Below are positions 12,458-23,050 of a stretch of 64,000 bases of DNA, one piece after another. Source of the DNA: Octopus sinensis (taxonomy: Eukaryota). The stretch spans positions 75,392,001 through 75,456,000 of the forward strand of contig NC_043006.1 in NCBI RefSeq assembly GCF_006345805.1, written 5' to 3'. Below the pieces are notes generated by a model. It saw only the letters and a program-made list of their open reading frames with translations, was not told where the DNA came from and did no database searches. Numbering within the stretch: position 1 is the stretch's first letter; each line of letters begins with the position of its first letter. The translations under genes and the position numbers were made by a program.

Positions 12458-12550
12458 GTTATGAGGGGTATACTGGGCTTTGTATATTTTGCTCCAGTGT
12501 CACTTTGATAGCATGCACTGCTCTCTCACTCAATAATAATAATAATAATA

Positions 12551-12681
12551 TAAGGTTGTCCCAAAAGTTCGTAAAAACTTTGCGAAAATTTGAATTTTTA
12601 TGCAATTTTTAATTGTTTGTTTGGGTTTATATTGTTATAGTCAATTTTCGCAAGTGTTTACGAACTTTTGGGACAACCTAA
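12551..12681. mobile_element. mariner-like MITE, ~130 bp
   Basis: ~40-bp TIRs aggttgtcccaaaagttcgtaaa / tttacgaacttttgggacaacct, in a (TAA)n context. Confidence 0.8.
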
Positions 12682-12730
12682 TAATAATAATAATGCCTTA
12701 AAGTTTAATGCTATATTTTCTTTATTGCAG

Positions 12731-12855
12731 TTGATGTTTTCAAAGAAAATTTCCTGCCAGATTTCCGAAATGAGGAGTTCTTCTCTGTGTTTTCCATCTT
12801 CTTTCCTGCTGCCACAGGAATTCTTGCCGGTGCTAATATTTCTGGTGATCTAAAG
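12731..12855 (+). CDS. SLC12A2: NKCC exon, [42 protein letters not shown] (TM6)
   Basis: tttattgcag acceptor, weak gtggct donor; hallmark [19 protein letters not shown]; 125 nt, phase 1-0. Confidence 0.97.
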
Positions 12856-13013
12856 GTGGCTTTCATTTCTTCTCTTTTTTTTTTTTTTTTCTTAATAATT
12901 ACTAATAAGCACCTTCCATACTGTAATTATTATCCTGTAGTTTCAGATACCTTCTTTTTTGTTTTTATTCAATATTTATTTACCTGTTCCTATTTTTTTT
13001 GTTTTTGTTTTAG

Positions 13014-13298
13014 GATGCCCAAGTGTCTATCCCCAAAGGAACCTTATTAGCCATTGCCATCAGTTCAGTTGTTTATATTCTTTGTGCATGGTCATTAGGT
13101 GCCTGCATTGTCCGTGATGCAAGTGGAGCAATTTTTTATGCAGCTGTGAATGCAACGATCGACGGTGATATGACACTTTATAACTCCACTGCAGAGGATG
13201 GTATTAAAAAGGTACCATTTGTTACCATGTCTCTTATGCGTAACTGCACTTTGGGTGAAGATGGTGCGTGCAAATATGGCCTCCAGCATGACTTCCAG
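13014..13298 (+). CDS. SLC12A2: NKCC exon, TM7 plus large glycosylated extracellular loop ([14 protein letters not shown]...[10 protein letters not shown])
   Basis: ttttag acceptor, gtgagt donor; [10 protein letters not shown] and VRDASG motifs; 285 nt, phase 0-0. Confidence 0.97.
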
Positions 13299-13982
13299 GT
13301 GAGTTGAAGCAATGTTTTTCACTTCTGTTTCCACAGCAGTTTTTCAAATGAATGCATGTGGCCTAGCTGTGAAGTTGTTGAAATCATGATCATAAAGTCT
13401 GGGGTTCTCTTCCTGAACCATGCGACATTTTCAGTTGTGATTCGGAGCTAGAAGGACCCCAAGATGCAAACCAATGTGGCAAACAAGGTTATGGAAGTTC
13501 AAGGATCCTTCTAATGAGCATAGATTTAGAGATATTCTTAATGAAGTATTTGATGAGGAGGACGAGACAGCGACCTATGGTATAGACGACAACTGGAAGT
13601 TCTTATGGGATAATCTGTTGTAGTTGGAGCAAAGCTTCTTTGCCATTTAGGGTATCCATGTATCTACTCTACAGCCAGACATAATCTCTGTCGCTTTATT
13701 ATACATTTAATCTCTTAACGGGTACAAAGCCACACCCACTCAATACTTCTCCTTCCTCCTAGTTGTGGTGGTTTTTATCGTGCAAGGTACTTGGTGAACC
13801 TGTCAGTGCTGGTGCCACACAAAAAGTACTGGTGCTGGTATCATGTAAAAAGCACTGTTATGGGTGACACGTAAAAGCACCCTGTACACTTTGTAAAGTG
13901 GTTGGCATTAGGAAGGGCATCCAGCTGTAGAAACCATGCCAAAACAGACTAAAGGTCCTGGTGTAACTTCGACCCTAGATGC

Positions 13983-14305
13983 CTCCTATCAAGCCATCTG
14001 GCCCTTGCTAGCTCCTGTTAAACCATCCGGCCCTTGCCAGCTCCTGTCAAACCATCTGGCTCTTATCAGGTCCTGTCAAACCATTTGGCCCTTGCCAGCT
14101 CCTGTCAAACCACCCGGCCCTTGCCAGCTCCTGTCCTGTCAAACCATCCGGCCCTTGCCAGCTCCTGTCAAATCATCTGGCCCTAACCAGCTCCTGTCAA
14201 ACCATCCGGCCCTTGCCAGCTCCTGCCAAACCCTCTGGGCCTTGCTAGCTTCTGCCAAACCATCTGGCCCTAGCCAGCTCCTGTCAAACCATCTAACCCT
14301 TGCCA
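13983..14305. repeat. 29-bp minisatellite (ccatctggcccttgccagctcctgtcaaa) x ~11 inside a family E element
   Basis: 29-nt periodicity; unit matches the family E 3' segment. Confidence 0.85.
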
Positions 14306-14324
14306 GTATGGAAAATGGATGTTA

Positions 14325-14356
<32 letters not shown>

Positions 14357-14889
14357 TGTTAATAATAATAATAATGATGATGTTGATGATGGTAGTAGTG
14401 GTGATGATGGTGGTGGTGATGATGATAAAGTGGCCATGAACAATGCCTGGGCATACATAGATGATGAAACTGTAACATCTCAGTAAATTCAGTGGTTTTA
14501 TTTGAGGCCTAGTGATTTGTTAACACCCGTATTGTCTTTAAGAGAACTTCTTCTCTTGAGGAATTTTGTGCAGCATATTGTCTCTTCATATCTGAGTGTA
14601 CATGGACATGTTGAATATGATTGTACACAACTATATATATTTCAATGTTGCTTCGTGTACCTCTAATTGGTTCTTCTTTTATTATTAATATTATCAATTT
14701 ACGTATGTTTATCTTTAGCATAAATGTGAAAAGGAAGTGTCAAGGAATTGTAGTGGAAGGAACTTGTGGAAGAGGGAGATCAAGGTAGATATGGGGAAGA
14801 AGTGGTGAAAGATGATGTTAGAAACGTGAATGTCATTTAGGAGATGACAAAGGACTGGAACATGTGATCAGATTGTGGTAGAGATGACC

Positions 14890-15115
14890 CTAACAATCCA
14901 TGCAAGCATGAAGTGGGGAATGAAAGTAAAATGATGACATTGATGATAATGGATGTGGTGGTGGTGATTGTAGTGGTGGTGATGCTGGTGGTAATGATGA
15001 TGATGATGGATGTGATGTTGGTGATTGTAGTGGTGGTAATAACAAAGAGCATGATGATAGTACTAGTGATGATGATGGTAGCAATGATGGTGGTGATGAT
15101 GATAATACTTGTATT
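14890..15115. repeat. (GAT/GGT)n trinucleotide low-complexity tract
   Basis: direct inspection; a similar tract lies at 14325-14425. Confidence 0.85.
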
Positions 15116-15210
15116 TATGTATACGAATGATAATTAACATATACAAATGTATGATAATTGTTCTTTTATTCTTGAAATAAATTAGTGGATTTTCTTCTCA
15201 TTCACTGCAG

Positions 15211-15318
15211 GTAATGGAGCGTATTGCAATATTTGGACCCTTGGTTACAGCCGGTATTTTCTCTGCAACTCTTTCTTCAGCTCTTGCAAGTCTTGTCTCT
15301 GCTCCCAAGGTCTTCCAG
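15211..15318 (+). CDS. SLC12A2: NKCC exon, [36 protein letters not shown] (TM8)
   Basis: cactgcag acceptor, gtcagt donor; hallmark [23 protein letters not shown]; 108 nt. Confidence 0.97.
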
Positions 15319-16339
15319 GTCAGTCAAGTTTTAGACAACATATTGTTTCCAAATCTAAATTGTATTGATTTTTATGTTGGAATTACATGATGCAAAAACA
15401 TCACTGAATGAAAGATCTGTCTCCTCAGTGGGTCATACCATTGCTGTGGATCCTCTACCCATCCATCTTTATGGGAAGTTTTCTTTCAACAGAGACTATC
15501 CATTGTGGTGGTGCACCATCTTGTTTGAAGATTAGTTCAAGATCAAGCCACTTGACTTATCTCAAGATATCTCTTAGCATAGTTTGTTTGGTGAAAGAAA
15601 AATTCTCTCTCCACTCAGATTAAACTGCACCAGATATCCCCTACTCCTGCACTCACTCCTGGCCCCACTGTGCCATTCATTCCTACCCACCTTGTACCTT
15701 GAAGGTTCACCTTACCCTCTCATAACCACTATTTTTATTGCTCTCCAGCTCTCACCTTTCCTTATTGCCCCTCTAATGAGCAGTCATGTTGCTCCTCTAC
15801 AGCAAGAATCCTGTTCTGTTCTGACCCTTTTCTCTCATACTTTACCCCTCTCTAATCCTCAACTCCTTGCATAAAGTTACCGCCTTGGGGCTTGTAGTCT
15901 TGCAAGCTGTATGGTAACCTCACTAGTACTGTTGACACGTAAAAAAGCAGCCAGTACATGCCATGCTGCGAAGTGGTTGGCATTAAGGAAGAGCATCCAG
16001 CTGCAGAAACCACGCTAAAGCTGACACTGGAGTGCAGTGCAGGGCTTGGGTCCATGACATCCCGTCAAATCATTGAACCCATCACAGCATGGAACAGACA
16101 TTAAATGATGATGATTTTGTGTGAAAGGCAACCGAAAATTTAATGCCTTTAAAATTACAAAAATATAAAGCTTCAAAATAATCAGGTCAAGAATAACTTA
16201 TAAAGATTTTGTAAATCGCCTGCCATATTATAAGGAATGTTATGAGAAAGTTTCTGATTTCTGCCCACCCATGAAATCTGGCTTTGTGCAGCTCCCATTA
16301 AACAGTTTTTGTGGAAACTAGGTTCTCGGGTTAGTCATA

Positions 16340-16789
16340 AGCTCTGCAGTAATTTTGCAATCCTTTCTAACAATTCACATAAGAATCCAACAATCCCTAT
16401 TTGAAAGTTTTGGTTTTCTTCCAGAGTTTTGTTTCCATGAGGAGGTTTTTCCCTCTTTCTCAAAGGCTGTCATTATTTTCAAGGCAGTACTTCTTGATAC
16501 ACCAAACATTTCAGCTGTTTTCTTTACTCTAGCGCCTGCCATATGGGCACCAACAATTTGATCTCTTTGAAAGTTTGATAGATCTGTCATTTTAATGAAT
16601 TTCAATTACCTTTGTCTGATGATATCTGAAAAGAAACAGCAATTCTAGCAAAACATATTAAGCAGCACTAATAATAAATCAAAAAACATAAAAATAAACA
16701 AGCTTTTGATGGTTTTATAGACTTATAGATATTTCAAAATTATGATGCTATGATGCTAGGTGTTTCCATTATTTTGTCCAACCCCTGTA
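16340..16789 (-). mobile_element. Tc1-like transposon 5' fragment (TIR plus HTH region)
   Basis: reverse complement begins TA-caggggttggacaaaataatggaaacacc; ORF MTDLSNFQRDQIVGAHMAGARVKKTAEMFGVSRST...SGRKPKLS resembles a Tc1 paired-like N-terminus. Confidence 0.85.
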
Positions 16790-16849
16790 TATATACGTGT
16801 GTGTGCATATATATATAAATGTATATAAAAATTAAATTTTCATTTTCAG

Positions 16850-16973
16850 GCTGTTTGCAAGGATAGGATCTTCCCTGGAATCCATGTTCTTGCTAAGGGT
16901 GCCGGTAAGGGTGACAATCCCCGAAGGCTATATTTTCTTGCCTATTTCATTGGGATTGCCTTCATTTGCATAG
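16850..16973 (+). CDS. SLC12A2: NKCC exon, AVCKDRIFPGIHVLAKGAGKGDNPRRLYFLAYFIGIAFICI (TM9)
   Basis: cattttcag acceptor, gtgagt donor; A.CKD.IFP motif; 124 nt, phase 0-1. Confidence 0.95.
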
Positions 16974-17178
16974 GTGAGTAGTAAAGATATTTCTTAATAC
17001 TTCCTGCTATCTTCAATTAATTAAGCAAAACAGGATGGGAGATATTTTGATTTAAATAGTTATATAAACACTAAAATTTGCTATTTTCTTCACTTGTTGC
17101 CGTGTATGATCTATTATGTTACATAATATTATTTTTTTCCTTCTCTAATTTTTTTTCTTCTTTCTAATCTATCCTCAG

Positions 17179-17280
17179 GTGAACTAAATGCCATTGCTCC
17201 AATCATATCAAATTTTTTCCTCATGTCATATGCTCTCATTAACTATTCCTGTTTTGATGCTTCTTTGGCTAACTCACCGG
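17179..17280 (+). CDS. SLC12A2: NKCC exon, [34 protein letters not shown] (TM10)
   Basis: tcctcag acceptor, gtacgt donor; [13 protein letters not shown] motif; 102 nt, phase 1-1. Confidence 0.97.
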
Positions 17281-17680
17281 GTACGTAATATTTTCTTGAA
17301 ATAAATTCTGCATATTAATGCATAATTAATCTAGTTTAAATAATTCTGACATTCTTGTTTTTTAATTAACTCTTTCCTGACTATATTTCTTATAAATTAT
17401 GTTGCCTATGAAGTGTAAACACTTCATAGGGAACCTAATTTTTCTCTGCTAGTGCCATGGTGAATGTTTTCCACCCTTACTGCAGCGCATCTTCAAGAGT
17501 AGGCATGGGTAACCTTTTTTGAGAAGCTGACCATGACACATGGTTCATAGTCTGTTGGCTCACACTACTAAAAGACCAACTTCAGGGTATATTTTTGATA
17601 GGTGTTCCCTTCAGAAGGTCCTGTGATCTGCTGTACAAAGGATATTTAGATAAAAATGGTGAGCTTGCAGAATCGTTAGC

Positions 17681-17833
17681 AGGCTGTGTGCTAAGAAGCT
17701 TGCTTCCCAACCACATAGTTCTGAGTTCAGTCCAACTGCGTGGCACCTTGGTCAAGTGTCTTCTGCTATAGCCTTGGACTGACCAAAACTTTGTGAGTGG
17801 ATTCTGTAGACGCAAACTGAAAGAAGGCTGTTG

Positions 17834-17878
<45 letters not shown>

Positions 17879-18027
17879 ATATATATGTATATATATGTGT
17901 GTGTATATATATGTATATATATATATGTGTGTATATATGTATGTATATATATGTGTATATATATATGTGTGTGTATATATGTATATATATATATGTGTGT
18001 ATGTATGTATATATATATGTATATATA

Positions 18028-18072
<45 letters not shown>

Positions 18073-18460
18073 GTACACCGGAGTAAACACATAAATGTGA
18101 AACAAGGTGGAAAAAAGAGTACTCAAATACCAGTGGTAGAGTAATATAATAGGTCAGTTTTTGCTAAACTGTCCGATGAATGGCAACGGGAAATTCAGAG
18201 TAACAGGTTTTGTTGAATTTTCTGCTGCTTTAAATAAAGTATATATATATATGTATGTATATATGTAAATATTTGTGTGTGTGTCTGTGTTTGTCCCCCC
18301 CACCATCACTTGACAACCAATGTTGGTGTGTTTATGTCCCCATAACTTAGCAGTTTGGCAAAAGAGCCTGATAGAATAAGTACTAGGCTTACAAAGAATA
18401 AGGTGGTGCTCCAGCATGGCCACAGTCAAATGACTGAAACCAATAAAAGAACAAAAGAAT
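17681..18460 (+). mobile_element. SINE family A copy, its internal microsatellite expanded and invaded by a family-3 element
   Basis: head 17681-17830, tail 18270-18460, (TA/TG)n 17835-18075, insert 18078-18240. Confidence 0.85.
18078..18240 (+). ncRNA. family-3 repeat with hammerhead-like motif
   Basis: actgt CCGATGA atggcaacgg GAAA ttc agagt; second copy 62418-62510 reads atgt CTGATGA acggcaacga GAAA ctc agagt. Confidence 0.45.
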
Positions 18461-18712
18461 AAGCCAGACGAAATGTTGAGCGACATTTTTATGTGTCTTT
18501 CTTTTCTGAGTTGAAATTCTGCCGAGGTAAACTTTGCCTTTTTGTCTTTTCGGGGTTGATAAAATAAGTACCCGTTTAGCCCTGGGGTTGATGTAACCAA
18601 CTAGGCCCTCTCTTCCAAAATTCCTGGCCTTGTGGCTATAGTAGGAAATATTATTCTTGTTATTGTTTCTGTTCTTCTTATATTTCCTTTTTTTTTTTTT
18701 TCTTTCATGCAG

Positions 18713-18868
18713 GATGGCGGCCAGCATTCCAATTTTATTCCATGTGGGTTAGTCTTTTAGGGGCCATTTTATGCATTGCTGTGATGTTCATCATTAAATG
18801 GTGGACTGCTTTACTCACATTTGCTGTCATAGCGTCACTGTATATTTATGTGCATCACAGAAAACCAG
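18713..18868 (+). CDS. SLC12A2: NKCC exon, GWRPAFQFYSMWVSLLGAILCIAVMFIIKWW...HRKP (TM11-12)
   Basis: catgcag acceptor after poly-T, gtgagt donor; GWRP.F motif; 156 nt, phase 1-1. Confidence 0.97.
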
Positions 18869-19024
18869 GTGAGTTACCCTTTCAAGACAGAACTAATTTC
18901 GCTTTCATCTTATGGATTCAACACTGTAGCCATCATTTGATGCACAAAAATCATATTTGCAGCATGACCCATAAAAACCACGTTTTAAAGCATTGACCTA
19001 AAATTGAAACACATTTACATATTC

Positions 19025-19910
19025 ATTATCCACATTATTTACATTTGACGGATATTTGTCCTCATCTTGTCTGTTGTTAACATAACGTTTCGGCTGATGT
19101 ACTCTCCGACCTTTATCAGGTGTCCTGGGGAAATTTCGAACCTCAGTTCTCATTCCTAAGGTATTTGGTATTTTTCGATGTTATGATTATTCATCATCAT
19201 CATCATTATCGTTTAACGTCCGCTTTCCATACTGGCATGGTTTGGATGATTTGACTGAGGTTTGGCAAACCAGATGGCTCCATCAGTCTCCAATCTGATC
19301 TGGCAGAGTTTCTACTACCGGATGCCCTTCCTAACATCAACCACTCCGAGAGTGTAGTGGGTGCTTTTATGTGCCACCGGCATGAGGGTCAGTCAGGTTG
19401 TACTGGCAACGGCCATGCTCAAATGGTGTTTTTTATGTGCCACCTGCACAGGAGCCAGTCCAGCTGCACTGGCAACGACCTCGCTCAAATATTACACTTA
19501 ATGATCACGCTCACATGGCATTATTATTATTATTATTATTCTGGTCATTGCCTGGAATTGAACTCAGAATCTTGGGGTTAGTAGCCAGCATTCTTAACCA
19601 CTACACCATATGCCTGTGAGCATATGGTGTAGTCATATGGCACTGTAGTTAAGAGCACAGGCTACTAATCCCAAGATTCCAAGTTCAGTTTCAGGCAGTC
19701 ATCTGAATAATAATAATAATTATTATTATAACATCGAAAAATACCAAATACCTTAAGAATGAGAACCCAGGTTCAAAATTTCCCCAAGACACCTGATGAA
19801 AGCTAGAGAGTGTATCAGCCAAAACGTGTTAACAAAAAACAAGATGAAGACAAATATTCGTCATATGTAAATAATGTAAATAACGAACCTCATTTCTTAA
19901 ATATAAAACT
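19025..19910. mobile_element. family-1 head-to-head inverted dimer (tRNA head plus hammerhead body), 14-bp TSD
   Basis: TSD acatttacatattc at 19011-19024 and 19911-19924; fold centre ctacaccatatgc-ctgtga-gcatatggtgtag at 19601-19632; family E insertion at 19190-19515. Confidence 0.85.
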
Positions 19911-20011
19911 ACATTTACATATTCTCTTGTATTTATGTATATCTTTTAGTTTTTTTAACCTTGTCTTTGATTTTTAAAAAAAATCCTTTCATCTGTTTTT
20001 CTGCCTTTAAG

Positions 20012-20111
20012 ATGTTAACTGGGGTTCATCGACACAAGCTCATGTATATAAGAGTGCTTTGCAGTCTACTCTCAAGCTAATAGCTGTTGAGGACCATATC
20101 AAAAATTTCAG
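20012..20111 (+). CDS. SLC12A2: NKCC exon, [17 protein letters not shown]...EDHIKNFR
   Basis: ctttaag acceptor, gtgagt donor; hallmark VNWGSSTQA and DHIKNFRP; 100 nt, phase 1-2. Confidence 0.97.
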
Positions 20112-20147
20112 GTGAGTTCTTGCAGTCTCATATTTTCTTGCCTATCT

Positions 20148-20501
20148 TTTGCTTGCTTCAGTCATTTGACTGTAGTGACCATTCTGGGGCACCACCTTTA
20201 GTGAAACAAATTGACCCTAGGACTTATTCTTTGTAAGCCTTGTACTTATTCTGTCGGTCTCTTTTGCCAAACTGCTAAGTTACAGTGACATAAATGCACT
20301 AGCATTGGTTGTCAAGCAGTATTGGGTGGGGACAAACACAGAAACACCAAGACACACACACACACACATGAAGGGCTTCTTTCAGTTTCCGTCTACCAAA
20401 TCCACTCACAAGGCTTTGGTCAAGGTGCCATGCAGTGGGACCGAACCCAGAATCATGTGGTTGGTAAGCAAGCTACTTACCACACAGCCACTCCTGCGCC
20501 T
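20148..20501 (-). mobile_element. SINE family A copy
   Basis: reverse complement of the 6271 element with an internal deletion; starts 37 nt after an exon donor. Confidence 0.9.
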
Positions 20502-21042
20502 ACAGGCAGTTATATCCTAGCATGATACATATATTGTACTGCTCTGAGAAACCTTTAATCGGTATTTTTCTGTCTCAGTGAAGGACTGATCCTCTATATG
20601 GTCACTCAAACTAATAGCAATAATAACCAAATTTTATTCAGATCCCATTTTACCATCTTACAAAAAATTATGATGCATTGGATAATACTACTTATGACAC
20701 TGAAGAATGATATGGAATAACCATTGCTGGAACACCTTTGATCATAATAAGTCTACTTAATCAGAGCTGACCTGGGGTTAACGACAACAACAACATCTTA
20801 ACATACTCAGCACCTACCAAACTAAAAAGTGCATGAGATCCTGTCAAAGACTTCTGTAGATAGATAAACATGATTTGATCTTTGCTAAGAACTCTTTCAA
20901 CTGTCTCACAGAAAATATCACAGGATATCTTGACATTTTTTTGCCATGTACTTTTCTGTAATAAATTTTTGATTTCAATGACATTCACTGCAATCCACTC
21001 ATTTTTCATTGCCTTTTTTTTCAAATTTTTTCTCTCATGTAG

Positions 21043-21154
21043 ACCTCAAGTTCTCCTTCTAAGTGGTTTACCCAGTAGCCGTCCTGCCTTGGTGGACTTT
21101 GCATCCAGTTTCACTCGTAACTCCAGTTTAATGATGTGCTGCAATGTTATTGTG
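21043..21154 (+). CDS. SLC12A2: NKCC exon, [38 protein letters not shown]
   Basis: catgtag acceptor; donor gttcgt at 21155 (alternative gtggtt at 21152); RPQ.L.L.G.P..RPAL motif; 112 nt, phase 2-0. Confidence 0.93.
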
Positions 21155-21294
21155 GTTCGTAAAAAATTGTTTTTGTTCCTATTTCCATCAACATTATCTT
21201 TTTTAACCCATTTTCTAATCATAATCTTTGTTTCAATTAATTTTTAAAATAATGAAGGACTTAGTGTTATAAACTTTGACATTATTAAGCTGGT

Positions 21295-21745
21295 ACATTA
21301 TTTACATTTGACAGATATTTGTCCTCCTCTTGTTTGTTGCTAACACGTTTCAGCTGATATGCCCTCCAGCTGGGGAAATTTCAAACCTGGGTTCTCATTC
21401 CTAAGGTATTTTCCGATATTATTATTATTCAGGTCACTGCCTGGAATTGAACTCAGAATCTTGGGGTTAGTAGCCTGTACTCTTAACCACTAAACCATAT
21501 GCCCATGGGCAATTATGGAGTGAATTTTAGGGCTTATAAATCTAATATTCTCCTATCCTTCCTTTATAAAATACCTTAGGAATGACAAGCCAGGTTCAAA
21601 ATTTCCCCAAGACACCTGATGAAGACTGGAGGGTATATCAGCCAAAACATTGTGTTAACAGCAAACAAGATGAGGACAAATATCCGTCAAATGTAAATAA
21701 TGTAAATAATGTACATAATTCCTCATCTCTTAAATATAGAACTGT
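21295..21745. mobile_element. family-1 inverted dimer, 14-bp TSD, inserted into an older MITE
   Basis: TSD attattaagctggt at 21281-21294 and 21746-21759; arms share gacggatatttgtcctc / gaggacaaatatccgtc. Confidence 0.85.
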
Positions 21746-22756
21746 ATTATTAAGCTGGTGTTTGGAAAATAAATTAACATGGAACTTTGATGGAATGTAT
21801 TAATTTGAATTACTTCAACCTTTTTGTTACCATATTTTTTTTGAAATACACTGTCTTTGTCTAAGTGAATTTTGAAAATAATAAGGAATTTAGCAAAATT
21901 CTTTGTTATTATTAATCTGGTGTTTGAATCGTAAGTGAACATGAAATTTCGATGAAAGGTTTTAATTCAAAAAAAGAAGTTTGTATCGTAGGACCAAGGG
22001 TGGTGTTAAGTGGATTGGTATCAAAAGAGCTAATTAATGTATTAGCATTTAAATTGCCCGAAATTGGCCCAAACATTCTGCTTCTTTTATGTTCAGACTA
22101 GCCAGATTCAACATCTCACACCTACCCTACAATGTCATTCTGAAAACAAACAGCCACATCACTGAAATCTCAAAGCTATGAAGTAATGCATGATTAATTC
22201 AAAACTACGTGAATAAATAAGGATTACATTTGACAGGATAATCAGAATGCTAACATGTTAGCTATATCATTATTGATCCCTTAAATAGACATAAGGCCTC
22301 AAATTCGTGGGTGTTAAGTATTGTCAATAATATTAACCATACGATTTGGAGAATGGTACTTTATTTTATTGACCCTTGGAAAGATGAAAGTCAAAGTTGA
22401 TCTTAGTGGGATCAGTATTAGCTCCTTTTATTATTGGAGATTTCAGCAACATGATTCAATCAGAATTTACTATGAGATAGCGTTTATTAACATCTCTGTT
22501 TATACTTCCAGTATATGGAGGTTTCCCAAATGTTTGTAATGCTACTTTCTACAGACATCTTGGTAATAAGTTTATTCCAAATCATAAGGTTAATCCAGTG
22601 TCAGTATCCTTTCATATTTGTTGGGTGTAGTTGAAGAAATAGAAATCCAAGGAAGAAAACTGGTTTTAATTTACTCGCTTCAATTGTACCAAATATAAAT
22701 TTATAAATATAAATAATATACTAACATTAAAGAGTTACTATATTTCCTTCATGTTG

Positions 22757-23050
22757 AGGCACATGGCCCAGTGGTTAGAGCAGCGGACTTGCGGTTAAGG
22801 GATCGTAGGTTCGAATCTCAGACTGGGTGATGTGTGTATTTATGAGCGAAACACCTAAGCTCCACACAGCTCTGGCAGAAGGTAAGGGCGAACTTCTACT
22901 GACCCTTTCGCCACAACTTTCTCTCACTCTTTCCTCCTGCATCTTGCAGCTCACCTGTGATGGACTGGCGTCCCATCCAGGTGGGGAACCTATACGCCAA
23001 GGAAACCGGGAAACCGGCCCTTATGAGCCAGGCATGGCTTGAGAAGGAAC
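22757..23050 (+). mobile_element. SINE family C head with an alternative 3' module
   Basis: gaggcacatggcccagtggttagagcagcgg tRNA head; 3' part ggactggcgtcccatccagg differs from the 60086 copy. Confidence 0.75.

Noticed and set aside
15205-15216. CAG|GTAATG (and TAG|GTACGA at 3192) resembling recursive splice sites
   Set aside because: The GT is the first codon (Val) of conserved coding exons
19540-19700. Possible true tRNA genes here and in the SINE heads
   Set aside because: A/B boxes are present but there is no complete acceptor stem, and each is followed by a repeat body; these are SINE heads
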